A stretch of 60,158 bases of DNA, taken from Gemmatimonadota bacterium (GTDB lineage: Bacteria; Latescibacterota; UBA2968; UBA8231). Location: contig JAYOYH010000026.1 in the NCBI GenBank assembly GCA_038153405.1, forward strand, positions 1-60,158, given 5' to 3'. A model generated the notes under the pieces. It did not search any database and was not told the DNA's origin. It worked only from the letters and a program-made list of their open reading frames with translations. The position numbers and the translations under genes were made by a program. Positions 35,569-45,799 of this stretch are shown here, piece after piece; position 1 is the stretch's first letter; every line of letters starts with the position of its first letter.

Positions 35569-37575
35569 TCAATACGCCACGCCGACGGGATGCATGTAGC
35601 GCACCGTGCTCAGTTCGGAATGCAGCTCAATCCCGGCTACGTATATTCCCGGAGGCAGCAGGTGCCCGCGTTCACTGCGCCCGTCCCAGCGCACGGTTTG
35701 CGGTCCAGCTCCCTGCGCGCCCAGCGGCAGGCGCGCGCGCACCGAACCCTGCAGGTCATACACCACCCATTCGACGGGGATCGGAGCGGGCAGCATAAAC
35801 AGCTCGTAGGCCATCTCTACCGCGTCGTTGACGCCGTCGCCGTTGGGGGTAAACGCGTTGGACGATAGGCGCACCTGACGAGCAAACTGCGCCGGATCCA
35901 GCGCGCTGCCCAGCACGCGCAGATCGTTGGTCGACACCTCCTCGCCCGCATCCCCTGGTTCGATCGGCTGGGGCAGGTTGCCGGAAGCAGAATCGAATAC
36001 TTCCCCCTCAAAAGTCGTCGCCTGTAAAAACACCGGCGCCGCAAAAACCAAGCGCACCTTCTCGTCGTTGGCCCGACCGATGCGCCGCGGCAGTTGCACG
36101 CTCAATCCGTCGTCTTCCTCAATAATGGAAACCGCTTCGACGGGCTGTGACGGCCTGCCCATCTCCAGCCGAATAAAGCGCGGACGAGTGCCCGTGCGCA
36201 CGCGCACTCCATCAAAACCGCCCGAAGAAAGGGCAAATTCCGCGGCGATATCGTAGGCGAATTCTTCTTCGCGACCCAACTCTACCTGGGTGAATCCGCG
36301 CGCTGGACGCATATCGTCCAGGCGTGCCACTTCGCCCACAACGCGGTCGGCCAGCGGCGGCGAGACTTCAATCCACAGCGAGTCGACTTCTACCCAATCG
36401 GAAAACGACCGGCTCTGCAGCGCAATCTGCAGCTGCACGTAGGCACCGTTGCGCAAGTCGATGCGGCTGCCCGACTCGGTGATCGGACTCGACCAAAAGC
36501 TCCAATTTTCGCTATCGTACTGCACGGAGGCTCGAATGCCGGGCTGGCGATCGCTCTGCAGAATGCCCTCCGAATCGGACAAGCGCAGTTCGTTCTCATA
36601 GCGCTCGCGCGAAACGACAAATTCCTTGCCCGAGTCGGTGTATTCGTGGTAGACATTGGGATCGCCGTCGCGTCCCGTGCGCACCTCGACGTCCACCCAA
36701 ACCTCGGCGCTGTCGACCTCCACCGGCGCGCCGTCGATCATGCGCATGGTGCGACCGGCCCAGAACAGACGGCCAAAGTTCACCTCGCGACCGAGGGGCA
36801 AAATACGGCTGCGGTAGAGCGAGCGCTTGGCCACGCCCTGACCGCGCAGGACAAACTCGGCAATCGTACCGCGCAGCGTATTGCTATCGGTCGTGTTCTG
36901 CTGATCGAGCACGGACTGATTGCGGTTGTAGCGCACAAAGCGCACGTATTGACGGGGAAAGTCGATTTCCACTTCCGACTCGAAGTTCTGCGGCACGTTG
37001 GCAATCAGCGTCTCGAGGCGTCGGTAGCCCGATTCCAACAGCACCGGATCCGACTCTGCCGACACGCTCACTTCATAGGCTGGGACGGGATCTTGGTTAA
37101 GCGGCACGCCGTCCGAACGCGTGCCCTGCGTCGGCGTGTAGAAACTGAACTGCGAGGCGGGCACGGGCACGCCAATGTCGATGGTCCAATAGGCGCCGCG
37201 CGCCGTGTTGTAGGTGGAGCGATCGCCGTCGACATAGAGCGGGCTGTCGAAGTACGAAGTTCGGTTGACATTGGTTCCATCGGTATACCACAGGCGGGGC
37301 TGATGGCCGTCTATATAGCCCAACTCGCGCGGACTTCTCAGTTCAGACCACCCCGAAACAGCGAGGTACATATTCTCACCTGGCTGAAAGAAGTGCGGCC
37401 GCAGCGAATTAGTCGCTACGTCGATTTCGACTAGAACGCGCGACGTATCGCTGCGCGACCAGGCCAAGCCGCTGCCCCCCAGCTGCCACGAGGTGATTTG
37501 AGCGACGGCCGGATTGCAAACCGCCGCCATCAGCAGCGCATATAGAGCAAAACAACGCATCACAGGTTTTTTCAT
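35569..37575 (-). CDS. secreted protein with a C-terminal FlgD Ig-like domain
   Basis: Signal peptide ending AVA|Q; FTPNGDGVND, VYDLQG, WDGR..G..LPPGIY; ends HPVGVAY. Confidence 0.75.
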   Translation of the reverse strand: MKKPVMRCFALYALLMAAVCNPAVAQITSWQLGGSGLAWSRSDTSRVLVEIDVATNSLRPHFFQPGENMYLAVSGWSELRSPRELGYIDGHQPRLWYTDGTNVNRTSYFDSPLYVDGDRSTYNTARGAYWTIDIGVPVPASQFSFYTPTQGTRSDGVPLNQDPVPAYEVSVSAESDPVLLESGYRRLETLIANVPQNFESEVEIDFPRQYVRFVRYNRNQSVLDQQNTTDSNTLRGTIAEFVLRGQGVAKRSLYRSRILPLGREVNFGRLFWAGRTMRMIDGAPVEVDSAEVWVDVEVRTGRDGDPNVYHEYTDSGKEFVVSRERYENELRLSDSEGILQSDRQPGIRASVQYDSENWSFWSSPITESGSRIDLRNGAYVQLQIALQSRSFSDWVEVDSLWIEVSPPLADRVVGEVARLDDMRPARGFTQVELGREEEFAYDIAAEFALSSGGFDGVRVRTGTRPRFIRLEMGRPSQPVEAVSIIEEDDGLSVQLPRRIGRANDEKVRLVFAAPVFLQATTFEGEVFDSASGNLPQPIEPGDAGEEVSTNDLRVLGSALDPAQFARQVRLSSNAFTPNGDGVNDAVEMAYELFMLPAPIPVEWVVYDLQGSVRARLPLGAQGAGPQTVRWDGRSERGHLLPPGIYVAGIELHSELSTVRYMHPVGVAY

Positions 37576-37704
37576 AAATCTCTCCCCGCGCTCAATATAC
37601 GCCAACGTATGTTGTCCAACCAACCGATGCACAGGGCATTTCCCACACCCTATTTTTTGCTTAGTCTTTGGGCCTATAACCCCCATTGCAAAGGAGCATT
37701 ATTG

Positions 37705-38433
37705 ATGGGAAAACTGGGCTATGATGATACGCCGCTCATCCGAGATTCAACCTACTGCGTGCACGACCCCAAGCGGCCGGCACCGCGCGTAGTCAATCCG
37801 GCCGACGCCGTCGGTCAACCGCCGGCCGACGCCGTCGTTCTCTTTGACGGCAGCGACCTATCCGGTTGGAGCAGCGTCAAAGGAGGCGATGCGGGCTGGA
37901 AAGTCGAAGACGGCTATATGGAAGTGGTGCCGGGCACGGGCGATATACAGACCAACGCACACTTTGGCGACGTGCAGTATCACCTCGAATTTGCCTGCCC
38001 CGCCGTGGTCAAGGGCGAGAGTCAGGGCCGCGGCAACAGCGGCGTTTTTCTAATGGGACGCTACGAAATTCAGGTGCTCGACGGCTACGCGAACCCGACC
38101 TATGCCGACGGCATTACCGCCGCCGTCTACGGCGAGTACCCACCGCTGGTCAACGCCTGTCGCCCGCCGGGTCAGTGGCAGAGCTACGACATTCTGTGGA
38201 CGGCTCCGCGTTTTAACGGCGTCGACTTGGTCAGCCCGGCTTATGCCACGGTCATCCACAACGGCGTAGTCGTGCACAACCACGTCGAACTGCACGGACC
38301 GACCGGCCATCGCGACGTCTATCGCTACGTCGCCCACTCGCCGCAGGGCCCACTGCGCCTGCAAGACCACGGCGATTTAGTGCGCTTCCGCACTATTTGG
38401 GCGCGCCCCATTGGCGGGTACGACGAAGGCTAG
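37705..38433 (+). CDS. DUF1080 (3-keto-disaccharide hydrolase-like) domain protein
   Basis: VLFDG.DL..W, FGDVQYHLEF, GNSGVF, YEIQVLD, GQWQSYDI, LQDHG..VRFR; RBS AAGGAG. Confidence 0.9.
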   Translation: MGKLGYDDTPLIRDSTYCVHDPKRPAPRVVNPADAVGQPPADAVVLFDGSDLSGWSSVKGGDAGWKVEDGYMEVVPGTGDIQTNAHFGDVQYHLEFACPAVVKGESQGRGNSGVFLMGRYEIQVLDGYANPTYADGITAAVYGEYPPLVNACRPPGQWQSYDILWTAPRFNGVDLVSPAYATVIHNGVVVHNHVELHGPTGHRDVYRYVAHSPQGPLRLQDHGDLVRFRTIWARPIGGYDEG

Positions 38434-38457
38434 ACGCTACCGTCAGCTGCGCGTGCG

Positions 38458-38497
38458 AACGGGGACCGATCCATTGGGGCATCGGTCCCCGTTTGTT
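38458..38497. terminator. intrinsic terminator between the convergent DUF1080 and selB genes
   Basis: 13-bp stem AACGGGGACCGAT/ATCGGTCCCCGTT followed by TGTT. Confidence 0.7.
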
Positions 38498-38510
38498 GCC
38501 GCGCAAAATC

Positions 38511-40421
38511 TCAGCGACTTGGCGCGTAGAGCACGCGGACATCGCCCTGTCGCTGGGTGAATCCCTCTGCATCGAAATGGATCAGCAGCGCTACGGCGCA
38601 CTTGCGATTGCAGTCCATGGCATCGCGATATTCGGACACGGTGATCTGCTCGTGACGTTCCAGATAGCGGCCCAGCACTGCGCGCGCCTCGCCGACGATA
38701 TCGGCGTGCAGCAACAGGCCACCTTCCAAGACGACGATCACCCCTAAACTCTGCAGCGCCCCCAGCACAGGGTCCAACGCGCGCGGACTGACGGCCAGCG
38801 CACGCGCCAGTCCCGCTGCGTCCTGCAGCGCGGACCAATCTCTCGTGCGCGCCGCCTCCTCTATGCGCTGGCGCAGCGCACCTTGCTCGTCGTCGAATGC
38901 AATTTCGTGGCCGCGCAGGCGCACGCTCGAAGCGCTGATCTCAACGCGCCCGTCCCGCGCCATCTGATCCAGCACCCAATCGAATAGCTCGACCTGCACA
39001 TAGCGCGCGCTGCGCTGGCACAGTTCAGCCCTGCGCAGCCCTGCGCGCAGCGGGTTCTCTCGGTGAAAAGCCGCCAGCGCCGCCGCGATGCGTTCCACCC
39101 ACAGGCTGCACACTGCCGCATGCAGCGCCGCAAGTTGGCCTGAAACCTCGCGCAGCAGTACGCGCTGCGCTCCCTGCAAACCAGCCAGTATCTCGCCGAT
39201 GGCGCGCGGGGAAAGGGCCAAGGTCGCCGCTAGCTGTTTCTGCGTCCATAGGCGATCTTCGGCCGCGCTGAGCAACGCCTCCACCACGGCCCTAGCATCG
39301 CCCGTTTCCAGCGCGCGCAGTTGGGCGCACACCGCACCGTCGGCGCCGCGATGCTTGCGCGGATGCGGGTCGAGCACGCTACCGCCGCCGATGCTCAACG
39401 GCGGCGAGTAGCGGCGCAGCACAAAGCGATCACCCCAAGCCGCGCAGAGCGGTTTCTCTAGGCGCAGTTGGGCGAGGGCTTGCTCGCCCGGCAGAAGCTC
39501 CTCGCAGTCGAGCAGCACCACGCGCGCCAGCACTTCTGCCGTGCCCACGTGCAGGCGCACGCGCGCGTGCTGCTGTAGCGCAGCTGGACTCGAGTCGAGC
39601 AGGCGTAGGCGCACATCCATCATGTGGGTCGATTTGAAGAGGTCCGCTTCGACCAACACGTCGCCGCGCTGCACTTCTTCGAGTTCGACGCCGGCCAGAT
39701 TGATGGCGGCGCGATCGCCGGCGGCAACGGCAGGCACGGCGCGCCCGTGCGTCTGTGCACTGCGCACGCGCGCCGCGCGCCCGGCCGGCAGCACGTCGAC
39801 GGCCGCACCTTCCGCTATCGCACCCGCTATGACCGTGCCCGTGCATACCAGGCCAAAGCCCTTGACGGAAAAAGCGCGGTCGACTGGCAGTCGAAACGGC
39901 GCATCGCTGCGCCGAGATCGAGTATCAGCGGTCATGTTGAGAAGCTGGGCGCGCAGTGTATCTACGCCGGCGCCGCTCTGCGCCGATACGCGAACGATGG
40001 GCGCATCGGCCAGAAACGTTCCACGTGCAAACTCGCGCAGCTCTTCTTCTACAAGTTCCAGCCACTCGTCTTCTACTAGGTCGATTTTATTTAGTGCAAT
40101 AATGCCGCGCTCAACGCCCAGCAGATCGAGGATATCTAGGTGTTCGCGCGACTGCGGCATAATGCCGTCGTCTGCCGCCACGACCAACAGCGCCACGTCG
40201 ACGGCGCTGACGCCGGCAACCATCGTCTTGACAAAGCGCTCGTGACCGGGCACGTCGACAATGGCGATATCGTCGCCGAGAAAGGCAAAACCCAGCTCAA
40301 TCGTTATACCGCGCGCTTTTTCCTCGGGCGCGCGATCTGTATCCATGCCCGTCAGTGCCTTGACCAACAGCGTTTTGCCGTGGTCTATATGCCCGGCCAT
40401 GCCTACGACGGTGTGTGCCAT
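38511..40421 (-). CDS. selB: selenocysteine-specific translation elongation factor
   Basis: [44 protein letters not shown]-terminal winged helix with [12 protein letters not shown]; 636 aa. Confidence 0.93.
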   Translation of the reverse strand: MAHTVVGMAGHIDHGKTLLVKALTGMDTDRAPEEKARGITIELGFAFLGDDIAIVDVPGHERFVKTMVAGVSAVDVALLVVAADDGIMPQSREHLDILDLLGVERGIIALNKIDLVEDEWLELVEEELREFARGTFLADAPIVRVSAQSGAGVDTLRAQLLNMTADTRSRRSDAPFRLPVDRAFSVKGFGLVCTGTVIAGAIAEGAAVDVLPAGRAARVRSAQTHGRAVPAVAAGDRAAINLAGVELEEVQRGDVLVEADLFKSTHMMDVRLRLLDSSPAALQQHARVRLHVGTAEVLARVVLLDCEELLPGEQALAQLRLEKPLCAAWGDRFVLRRYSPPLSIGGGSVLDPHPRKHRGADGAVCAQLRALETGDARAVVEALLSAAEDRLWTQKQLAATLALSPRAIGEILAGLQGAQRVLLREVSGQLAALHAAVCSLWVERIAAALAAFHRENPLRAGLRRAELCQRSARYVQVELFDWVLDQMARDGRVEISASSVRLRGHEIAFDDEQGALRQRIEEAARTRDWSALQDAAGLARALAVSPRALDPVLGALQSLGVIVVLEGGLLLHADIVGEARAVLGRYLERHEQITVSEYRDAMDCNRKCAVALLIHFDAEGFTQRQGDVRVLYAPSR

Positions 40422-40499
40422 GTGCTTCCTGGATTTGGTGGTGATTCTTGCGTTATATTACTTCTCGGCCGTTACCAATGCAAAACGCGGGAGCTTCTC

Positions 40500-41237
40500 A
40501 TGCAACTCAAACACATGCGCCCATACCAACTGCGCGACTACGTCGAAGCCGGCCATCCGCTGCTCGTGCCGGCCGGCTGTATCGAGACGCACGGGCCGCA
40601 TATGGCCATCGGCCACGACACCATCATCGTCGAAGAGATCTGTCAACGCATTGCCGTGCGCACGCCCTGTGCCATCGCCCCTTCTTTCGACTACGGACCC
40701 ACCGGCTATGCCCTTGGCGGTCCCCAAGACGGCACCATCGACCCGGACTACGACGCCTTTGGTCGCTGCGTAAAGAGCATACTAAAAAACTTCCGCGAAA
40801 TGGGCTTTCGCAGGATATACGTCAGCATTATGCACCAGGGCATGGAAGCTCCGCTAGCGCTGGCCTTTAAAAAGGCGGCGGCCGAGTTAACCTTTGAGAA
40901 TGTGTTAGAAAAAGGCTATGCGCACGGCTGGTGGAGCCGCGAGGAAGAAATGCGGGCCGTAGGTGGCGACGTGTGGGGCCGCATCCAGGTGCTGCCGATG
41001 ATTCTGCCGGCCGCCAGCCCACCGGCTGGAGGCGACCACGCCGGTTATAACGAGACATCGTTTCTCATGGCGGCGCGCCCAGAGCTAGTCGAGCAGGACC
41101 GGCTCGACGACAGCGCCCCCTGGTACTGCCGACAGGACGAAGAAAAGAATAGTTGGACGGCCAACGTTGAACACGGCCAAGCCATGATTGATGCCGTCGT
41201 CAACGCCTGGATCGAAAAGATTGACGGCGAGCGCTAA
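40500..41237 (+). CDS. creatininase family protein
   Basis: [27 protein letters not shown]. Confidence 0.85.
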   Translation: MQLKHMRPYQLRDYVEAGHPLLVPAGCIETHGPHMAIGHDTIIVEEICQRIAVRTPCAIAPSFDYGPTGYALGGPQDGTIDPDYDAFGRCVKSILKNFREMGFRRIYVSIMHQGMEAPLALAFKKAAAELTFENVLEKGYAHGWWSREEEMRAVGGDVWGRIQVLPMILPAASPPAGGDHAGYNETSFLMAARPELVEQDRLDDSAPWYCRQDEEKNSWTANVEHGQAMIDAVVNAWIEKIDGER

Positions 41238-41242
41238 GACCG

Positions 41243-41860
41243 ATGGCGACCGTACTCCCTATTGATCCGCAGCATCTCAATGCGCAGCACATCGAGCATG
41301 CTGCCAACGTTCTGCGCGAAGGCGGCGTTATCATATACCCGACCGATACCATCTATGGGTTGGGCTGCGATATTACCAATCCAGCAGCCATTGAACGCGT
41401 GCAGCGCATCAAGGGACGCGATGCCAACAAGCCCATGTCGTTTGTATGCGCCGACTTGAACGACGTCGACCGCTATGCGCGCGTCTCAACCTACGCCCGT
41501 CCCCTCCTCGCGCAGTGCCTGCCTGGCGCCTATACGTTTGTCCTACCGGCTGCGGATGGGGCGCCGCCCGCGCTAACGACGGGGCAGCAAACCGTCGGAC
41601 TGCGCATTCCCGACCATCCCGTGCCGCTGGCTCTCGTATCCGCGCTTGGCGCACCCATTCTGAGCACCAGCGCCAATTTTTCCACGCAGGAAGTCATTAC
41701 CGAGCCGCGCGATTTAGAAGAGCAAATGGGTGGCCTCGTCGATGTGATCCTCGCAAGCGGCTCACTGCCCGTGCAGCCTTCCAGCGTCGTGTCGCTGGTC
41801 GGCGACCGAGCGGAGGTGCTGCGAGCCGGCAAGGGCGACCTGCGTCCCTTTCAAACCTAG
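41243..41860 (+). CDS. Sua5/YciO/YrdC family (TsaC-like threonylcarbamoyl-AMP synthase)
   Basis: YPTDTIYGLGC, KGR..NKPM, LPGAYTF, TVGLRIP, STSAN, LRAGKG. Confidence 0.88.
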   Translation: MATVLPIDPQHLNAQHIEHAANVLREGGVIIYPTDTIYGLGCDITNPAAIERVQRIKGRDANKPMSFVCADLNDVDRYARVSTYARPLLAQCLPGAYTFVLPAADGAPPALTTGQQTVGLRIPDHPVPLALVSALGAPILSTSANFSTQEVITEPRDLEEQMGGLVDVILASGSLPVQPSSVVSLVGDRAEVLRAGKGDLRPFQT

Positions 41861-41876
41861 CGACTAGCCAACGCGC

Positions 41877-42161
41877 TTATTCCGTCTTTTCTTCTTCTTC
41901 GCCCTCTTCTTTCTCTTCCTCAAAATAGTCGCCGTACAGGGCGCTAAGGGCTTCGTTCTCGCGCACGTGGGTGCGCCACGCTTCCATTACGGCCTCAGAA
42001 TCGACGCACTTATTGCACGGCACCAGCATATTGTCCTGATTCGTGCCGAGAAAGCCGCGATCGTAGCAGACCTTGCAGTTCTTCTTGGTGCGGTTTTTGG
42101 CAATTATATCGCGCGCGGCCGCTAGGTGCTCGTCGGGTAGACGAGGTATGCTCTCCGACAT
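41877..42161 (-). CDS. 94-aa CxxC...CxxC putative zinc-binding protein with an acidic tail
   Basis: RBS GGAGAGG; CKVCYDRG and VPCNKC; Glu-rich C-terminus. Confidence 0.7.
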   Translation of the reverse strand: MSESIPRLPDEHLAAARDIIAKNRTKKNCKVCYDRGFLGTNQDNMLVPCNKCVDSEAVMEAWRTHVRENEALSALYGDYFEEEKEEGEEEEKTE

Positions 42162-42264
42162 GGTCCCTCTCCGTGTAGCCTGCGTTGAGAATACTCGGCG
42201 CAATTGACTCAGGCGCCGCAATTGCATTTAGTACTGGCTTAATAATAAAGGCAGATAGAGCAAA

Positions 42265-44697
42265 ATGAGCTACCCTAATGCGCTGCGATGGGCCGTCTTT
42301 GTCTCGCATCTATGCGCCCTCCTAACCGCGCATCCCACCGCTGCACAGAGCGCTTTTCCCTCCTACGAAGCGCGCAGAGCGCTCCTGCTCGACGCCCCCA
42401 GTGCTTCGCGCAATGCCCTCTACGGCTATGCCAACCCTGCTCTGCTAAACTACGTCGAACAAATGGAGAATATCGTCGCCTTGTCCTCTGCCCGCACCGA
42501 TAACCCCCAGCTGCAGTGGGGCCTATTTAGCGGGACGCACCAACTTGGCCTTGCCGCCGTGCGCAGCGCCTGGAACAAACGGCATATCACCGACTACCGC
42601 ATCTCCTTTAGCGGAGGCGACCGCCGCGTAGGCCTGGGCTTTTCCTACGGCTTTAGCACGGGTAACGCGCGCGCCTTTGGACGCAAAAACCACTATGTGC
42701 TCGGCGCCCTCTACCGCCCGTCTCCTCGCCTTTCTGCCGGGGCAACCATCACTACAACGGCCAGTGGCAAGGCGCGCGAACTCGCGTTCGATATCGGCCT
42801 GCGCCCGTTGCACAGCGCACGCCTTGCACTCTTTGCCGAAGGCGTGCGCAGCCGCCATGCACCCTCTTCGTGGCAGGTGGGTGCCCGCTTTGCCCCGGTT
42901 GCCGGACTTCACTTGGTCGGGCGCTACCGCGACGGCGGTGCCTTGGCATTGGGACTCGAACTGAGCATGGGTGCGATAGGCACCGCTGCCCAGTGGCACA
43001 CCGACAATCGGCGCCAGCATGCCTTTAACACCTATGCGGTTCGCCTTGGCGGCTACGAGGAAAGCGTGGGGCGCGCACTGACCGGAAACGGCACGCGCTT
43101 TGTGCAGGTTGAACTCGACGGCCCCGTGCGCCATCGGCGCTTCGCCTTTTTCGACGAGAGCCACGCGCTGCTCGATCTCTTATCGCTCATTGAACGCGTG
43201 CGACGCGACCCCCATATCGCCGGCCTGGCTCTCAACGCGTCGGGCCTGCAAATCGACCGCACCATGGCCTGGGAACTGCGCGAAAAGCTGCGCCAGCTTC
43301 AGGCGGCCGACAAGCACGTCGTCATCTACGTGGACAATGTGACGCTGCCCTTGTACTACTTGGTCTCCATTGCCGACCACCTGATCATCGACCCCATTGG
43401 CATGCTCGTACTAGAGGGCTACGTGCAGGGCAACACCTACCTGAAGGGCGCGCTCGACAAATTGGGCATCGGCGTCGACGAGTGGCGCCTATTCGAATAC
43501 AAATCGGCCTACGAGCCCTTTACGCGCGGCGATATGTCTCCGGGTGAACGCGCGCAGGCGCAAGCCCTGATCGACGACTTCTATGCGCTGGCGCGCAGCG
43601 AAATCGCGCACAGCCGCCGGATCAGCGGCGATACTTTCGATCGCCTCGTCGACGAGGAGACGCTCTTTCTTCCGCGAGAGGCGCTGGCCAACGGACTGGT
43701 CGACCGCGTGGCGCGCTGGAGCGAGATCGCGCGCATCACGGAATCTCTCGGTGCGCGCCGCGCTCCCATAGAGGCCGACCGCTATCTACAGCCGACCAAT
43801 ACCACCTGGGGTCAGCCGCCGCGCGTAGCGGTAGTCTACGCGCTGGGTGCCTGTGCAATGGACAGCGGCATTCGCGCGCGCCAGTTGGCTAAGGAGTTGC
43901 GATCCGTCTGTGAAGACGCGCATATCGACGCGGTAGTGCTGCGCATCGATTCGCCCGGAGGCGAAGTGTTGGCTGCCGACTTAGTCGCCGATGAGGTGCG
44001 CGCCTGCCGCGCCGCCAAACCCATCGTCGCCTCGCAGAGCTACGTCGCCGCGTCGGGCGGTTACTGGCTGTCGATGAACGCCGACGCCATCGTAGCAGCA
44101 CCCAACGCGATTACGGGATCCATAGGCGTTATTGGCGGCTGGATATACGACGCGGGCATCAAAGAGAAACTCGGCCTGAGCACTGATCGCGTGCAGATCG
44201 GTCGCCATGCCGACCTACCCTTTGGCATTAGCCTGCCCTTTATCGGCGCGCTGCCCGACCGCACGCTGAATGCGCGTGAACAAGAGCGTGCAGAAGCGGC
44301 TATCCGCGCGCTCTACGCGGACTTTGTCGCACGGGCTGCCGCCAATCGCCACATGCAACCCTTTGAGCTAGAGCAGTTGGCCCGCGGCCGCGTTTGGAGC
44401 GGTCAGCGCGCGCTCGAACACGGTCTAATCGACGCGTTGGGCGGCCTTGATACAGCCATCCATTTGGCTTTGCAACACGCCGGCCTATCCGCCGAACGCG
44501 GCATGGAAGTAATCGAAGTGCCGCGCCTTCCGCCGCTCAACTACGCCCTGTTGCGACCGCGCCTTATTGCCGCACAGCCGGGCCAGCTGGGCACCTATTT
44601 GCAGATGCGCCTGCGCAACAACGGCCGCCCGCTGCTCTTAACACCGGTCGACCTCTGGCCTGATACCCCTATGGAGAGCTATCCCCATGTCTACTGA
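42265..44697 (+). CDS. sppA: S49 family signal peptide peptidase with an N-terminal beta-rich domain
   Basis: Signal peptide; two S49 lobes with EYKSA (Lys) and LRIDSPGG, AASGGYW (Ser), ITGSIGV, GRVWSG. Confidence 0.85.
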   Translation: MSYPNALRWAVFVSHLCALLTAHPTAAQSAFPSYEARRALLLDAPSASRNALYGYANPALLNYVEQMENIVALSSARTDNPQLQWGLFSGTHQLGLAAVRSAWNKRHITDYRISFSGGDRRVGLGFSYGFSTGNARAFGRKNHYVLGALYRPSPRLSAGATITTTASGKARELAFDIGLRPLHSARLALFAEGVRSRHAPSSWQVGARFAPVAGLHLVGRYRDGGALALGLELSMGAIGTAAQWHTDNRRQHAFNTYAVRLGGYEESVGRALTGNGTRFVQVELDGPVRHRRFAFFDESHALLDLLSLIERVRRDPHIAGLALNASGLQIDRTMAWELREKLRQLQAADKHVVIYVDNVTLPLYYLVSIADHLIIDPIGMLVLEGYVQGNTYLKGALDKLGIGVDEWRLFEYKSAYEPFTRGDMSPGERAQAQALIDDFYALARSEIAHSRRISGDTFDRLVDEETLFLPREALANGLVDRVARWSEIARITESLGARRAPIEADRYLQPTNTTWGQPPRVAVVYALGACAMDSGIRARQLAKELRSVCEDAHIDAVVLRIDSPGGEVLAADLVADEVRACRAAKPIVASQSYVAASGGYWLSMNADAIVAAPNAITGSIGVIGGWIYDAGIKEKLGLSTDRVQIGRHADLPFGISLPFIGALPDRTLNAREQERAEAAIRALYADFVARAAANRHMQPFELEQLARGRVWSGQRALEHGLIDALGGLDTAIHLALQHAGLSAERGMEVIEVPRLPPLNYALLRPRLIAAQPGQLGTYLQMRLRNNGRPLLLTPVDLWPDTPMESYPHVY

Positions 44698-45799
44698 TGC
44701 CCTGCAACTCTACGCTCAGCTGGGCGTGCGACCGGCCATTAACGCCCTGGGTGCACGCACCCTACTAGGCGGCTCTGAACCCCATCCCGACGTCGTAGAA
44801 GTCATGCGCCAAGCCGGTCGCTATTACGTCGATATGGAAGAGTTATTTATCCGCTCGGGTGAAGCCATCGCCGAGATGATCACCTGTCCAGCAGCCCTAG
44901 TCACGCCGGGCTGTGCGGCGGCACTGGTCTTGGGCACGGCCGCCTGTCTAACAGGGGACGACCCGGAAAAAATGGCGCAATTGCCCAATTTGAAAGGCCT
45001 TAAAGACCAGGTCATTATCCAGCGACCACAGCGCTATAAATACGACCGCGTCGTGCGCATGACCGGCGTCGAAATTGTGCCGGTGGGCAGCGCAACGCAC
45101 GCCGAATCCGCCGATTTGGAATCGGTCATTAGCGAGCGCACCGTCGCCGTGCTCTACCCTGAAATCGACGCACCTGGCACCTACCTCAGCGTGGAAGAAG
45201 TCGTGCGCATTGCCCACCGCTACGGCGTGCCCGTCATCGTCGACTCGGCCTATAAGGTCTATCCGCTCGACGGCCTGCACCGCTACGCCGAGATGGGGGC
45301 CGACCTATTTGGCTACGGCGCCAAGTATTTCGGCGCACCCAACTCGACCGGCCTGCTCTGCGGCCGCAAAGACCTAATCGACGCGGCGCGCCTGCACAGC
45401 TTTGCCGGCTTTGAAAAACGCGACCTGCTGGGCTTTGGCCGCCCTTTCAAAGTCGATCGACAGGAGGTATTCGGCGTCGTCGCGGCCCTGCGCCGCTGGC
45501 TCTCGCTGGACCACGCTGAACGCCTGGCTGCCGCTCGGCGACGGGCGGAGCAATTAGTCGCAGAACTCGGCGCGTTGCCCAACGTGCATATCGAGCAGAG
45601 CGGTTCGAGCGTTGGCCTGCGCTTTGACGAAGAATCGAACGGGCGCAGGGCGAGCGCTCTATCACAGGCCCTGCGCGATGGCCACCCCGCCGTCTGGCTC
45701 GACGCCGCTGAGGGACTGCTGCGCCTCGATATGATTCAGGTGCACGACGGCGATGAATCGGCTATTGCAACGCGCTTAAAGGAGGTATTAAACGCATGA
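44687..45799 (+). CDS. SelA-like PLP-dependent enzyme (DgaE-type ammonia-lyase family)
   Basis: LGVRPAINA.G..T.LGGS, VTPGCAAAL, VPVIVDSA, GAKYFGAP (PLP Lys), GRPFKV; 370 aa, shorter than true SelA. Confidence 0.78.
   Translation: MSTDALQLYAQLGVRPAINALGARTLLGGSEPHPDVVEVMRQAGRYYVDMEELFIRSGEAIAEMITCPAALVTPGCAAALVLGTAACLTGDDPEKMAQLPNLKGLKDQVIIQRPQRYKYDRVVRMTGVEIVPVGSATHAESADLESVISERTVAVLYPEIDAPGTYLSVEEVVRIAHRYGVPVIVDSAYKVYPLDGLHRYAEMGADLFGYGAKYFGAPNSTGLLCGRKDLIDAARLHSFAGFEKRDLLGFGRPFKVDRQEVFGVVAALRRWLSLDHAERLAAARRRAEQLVAELGALPNVHIEQSGSSVGLRFDEESNGRRASALSQALRDGHPAVWLDAAEGLLRLDMIQVHDGDESAIATRLKEVLNA

Noticed and set aside
44687..45799. Calling this gene selA
   Set aside because: It is too short, lacks the N-terminal tRNA-binding region, and has a different PLP-Lys motif
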